From NCBI GenBank assembly GCA_001949185.1, contig BDGG01000005.1:2953972-3017971 (forward strand): a stretch of 64,000 nucleotides of DNA. Direction: 5' to 3'. The notes beneath the pieces are model-generated. The model had not been told where the DNA came from, searched no databases, and worked only from the letters and a program-made list of their open reading frames with translations. Of the stretch, positions 63,666 to 64,000 are shown piece after piece. A program made the translations under genes and the position numbers. Each line of letters starts with the position of its first letter. Positions within the stretch are counted from its first letter, which is position 1. This stretch comes from Ramazzottius varieornatus (Eukaryota > Animalia > Tardigrada).

Positions 63666-64000
63666 AATGTCCTAAACTATCGAAGTCTGGTAGCCGAGTA
63701 ATGTCGCGTACGTACGCGCACCTGGCCTATTCACCGGCTTAGACAAAATTTCCAGCCACCCGCCGAAAGCGGCATGTGCCAGCAAAACTAACCAATCAAT
63801 CAAAGCGCTGCCGCTTTCGGCCGGTGGCCGGATACAGTCCAGTCGCTCGAAATCCGTACCAAATTTTTGCATCTCAGTTCAGAGCCCGCCATACATTCAC
63901 TATGCAGCATGCCATGCTAAATGCCAAAACTACATAACACGAGCACTACACCCTGCCTTAACTGGTGTAATCAACAAATCAACTGGGAGATGACCGACTG

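Noticed and set aside
1-64000. Fanzor/TnpB, horizontally acquired bacterial genes, tRNA or rRNA
   Set aside because: No RuvC-type motif set, intronless bacterial-like enzyme, cloverleaf or rRNA signature recognised by eye; a tool scan could still find weak cases.

Overview
Eukaryotic (animal) genomic DNA with short GT-AG introns, gene-dense and heavily littered with transposon debris; one 50-N assembly gap (13946-13995). Compact introns, tandem secreted Cu/Zn-SODs and divergent gustatory-receptor-like genes point to a small ecdysozoan, plausibly a tardigrade (inference only). Genes reconstructed by hand from splice sites and phases: a SMYD SET/MYND methyltransferase, an orphan single-pass membrane protein, three tandem secreted Cu/Zn superoxide dismutases, a Ly6/three-finger protein, a STAR/KH RNA-binding protein (Sam68/KHDRBS-like), folliculin, a TRH-receptor-like GPCR plus a pseudogenised paralogue, two intact gustatory-receptor-like genes plus two remnants, a KCTD9 pseudogene and a psq-HTH/chromodomain remnant. 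Mobile elements: two hAT elements (one with TIRs and an 8-bp TSD), two copies of a CRE-like non-LTR retrotransposon, a mariner, a Tc4/Tc5-like DD37D element, a pogo-like element with a graded series of derived MITEs, other MITEs and a tandem Helitron-like pair. The most unusual signal is a dispersed ~49-bp palindromic element (CAAGTGGCGCAC-N25-GTGCGCCACTTG) found about 14 times, only in introns and intergenic DNA. No CRISPR, rRNA or tRNA was recognised. All family assignments come from recalled motifs, not database searches.
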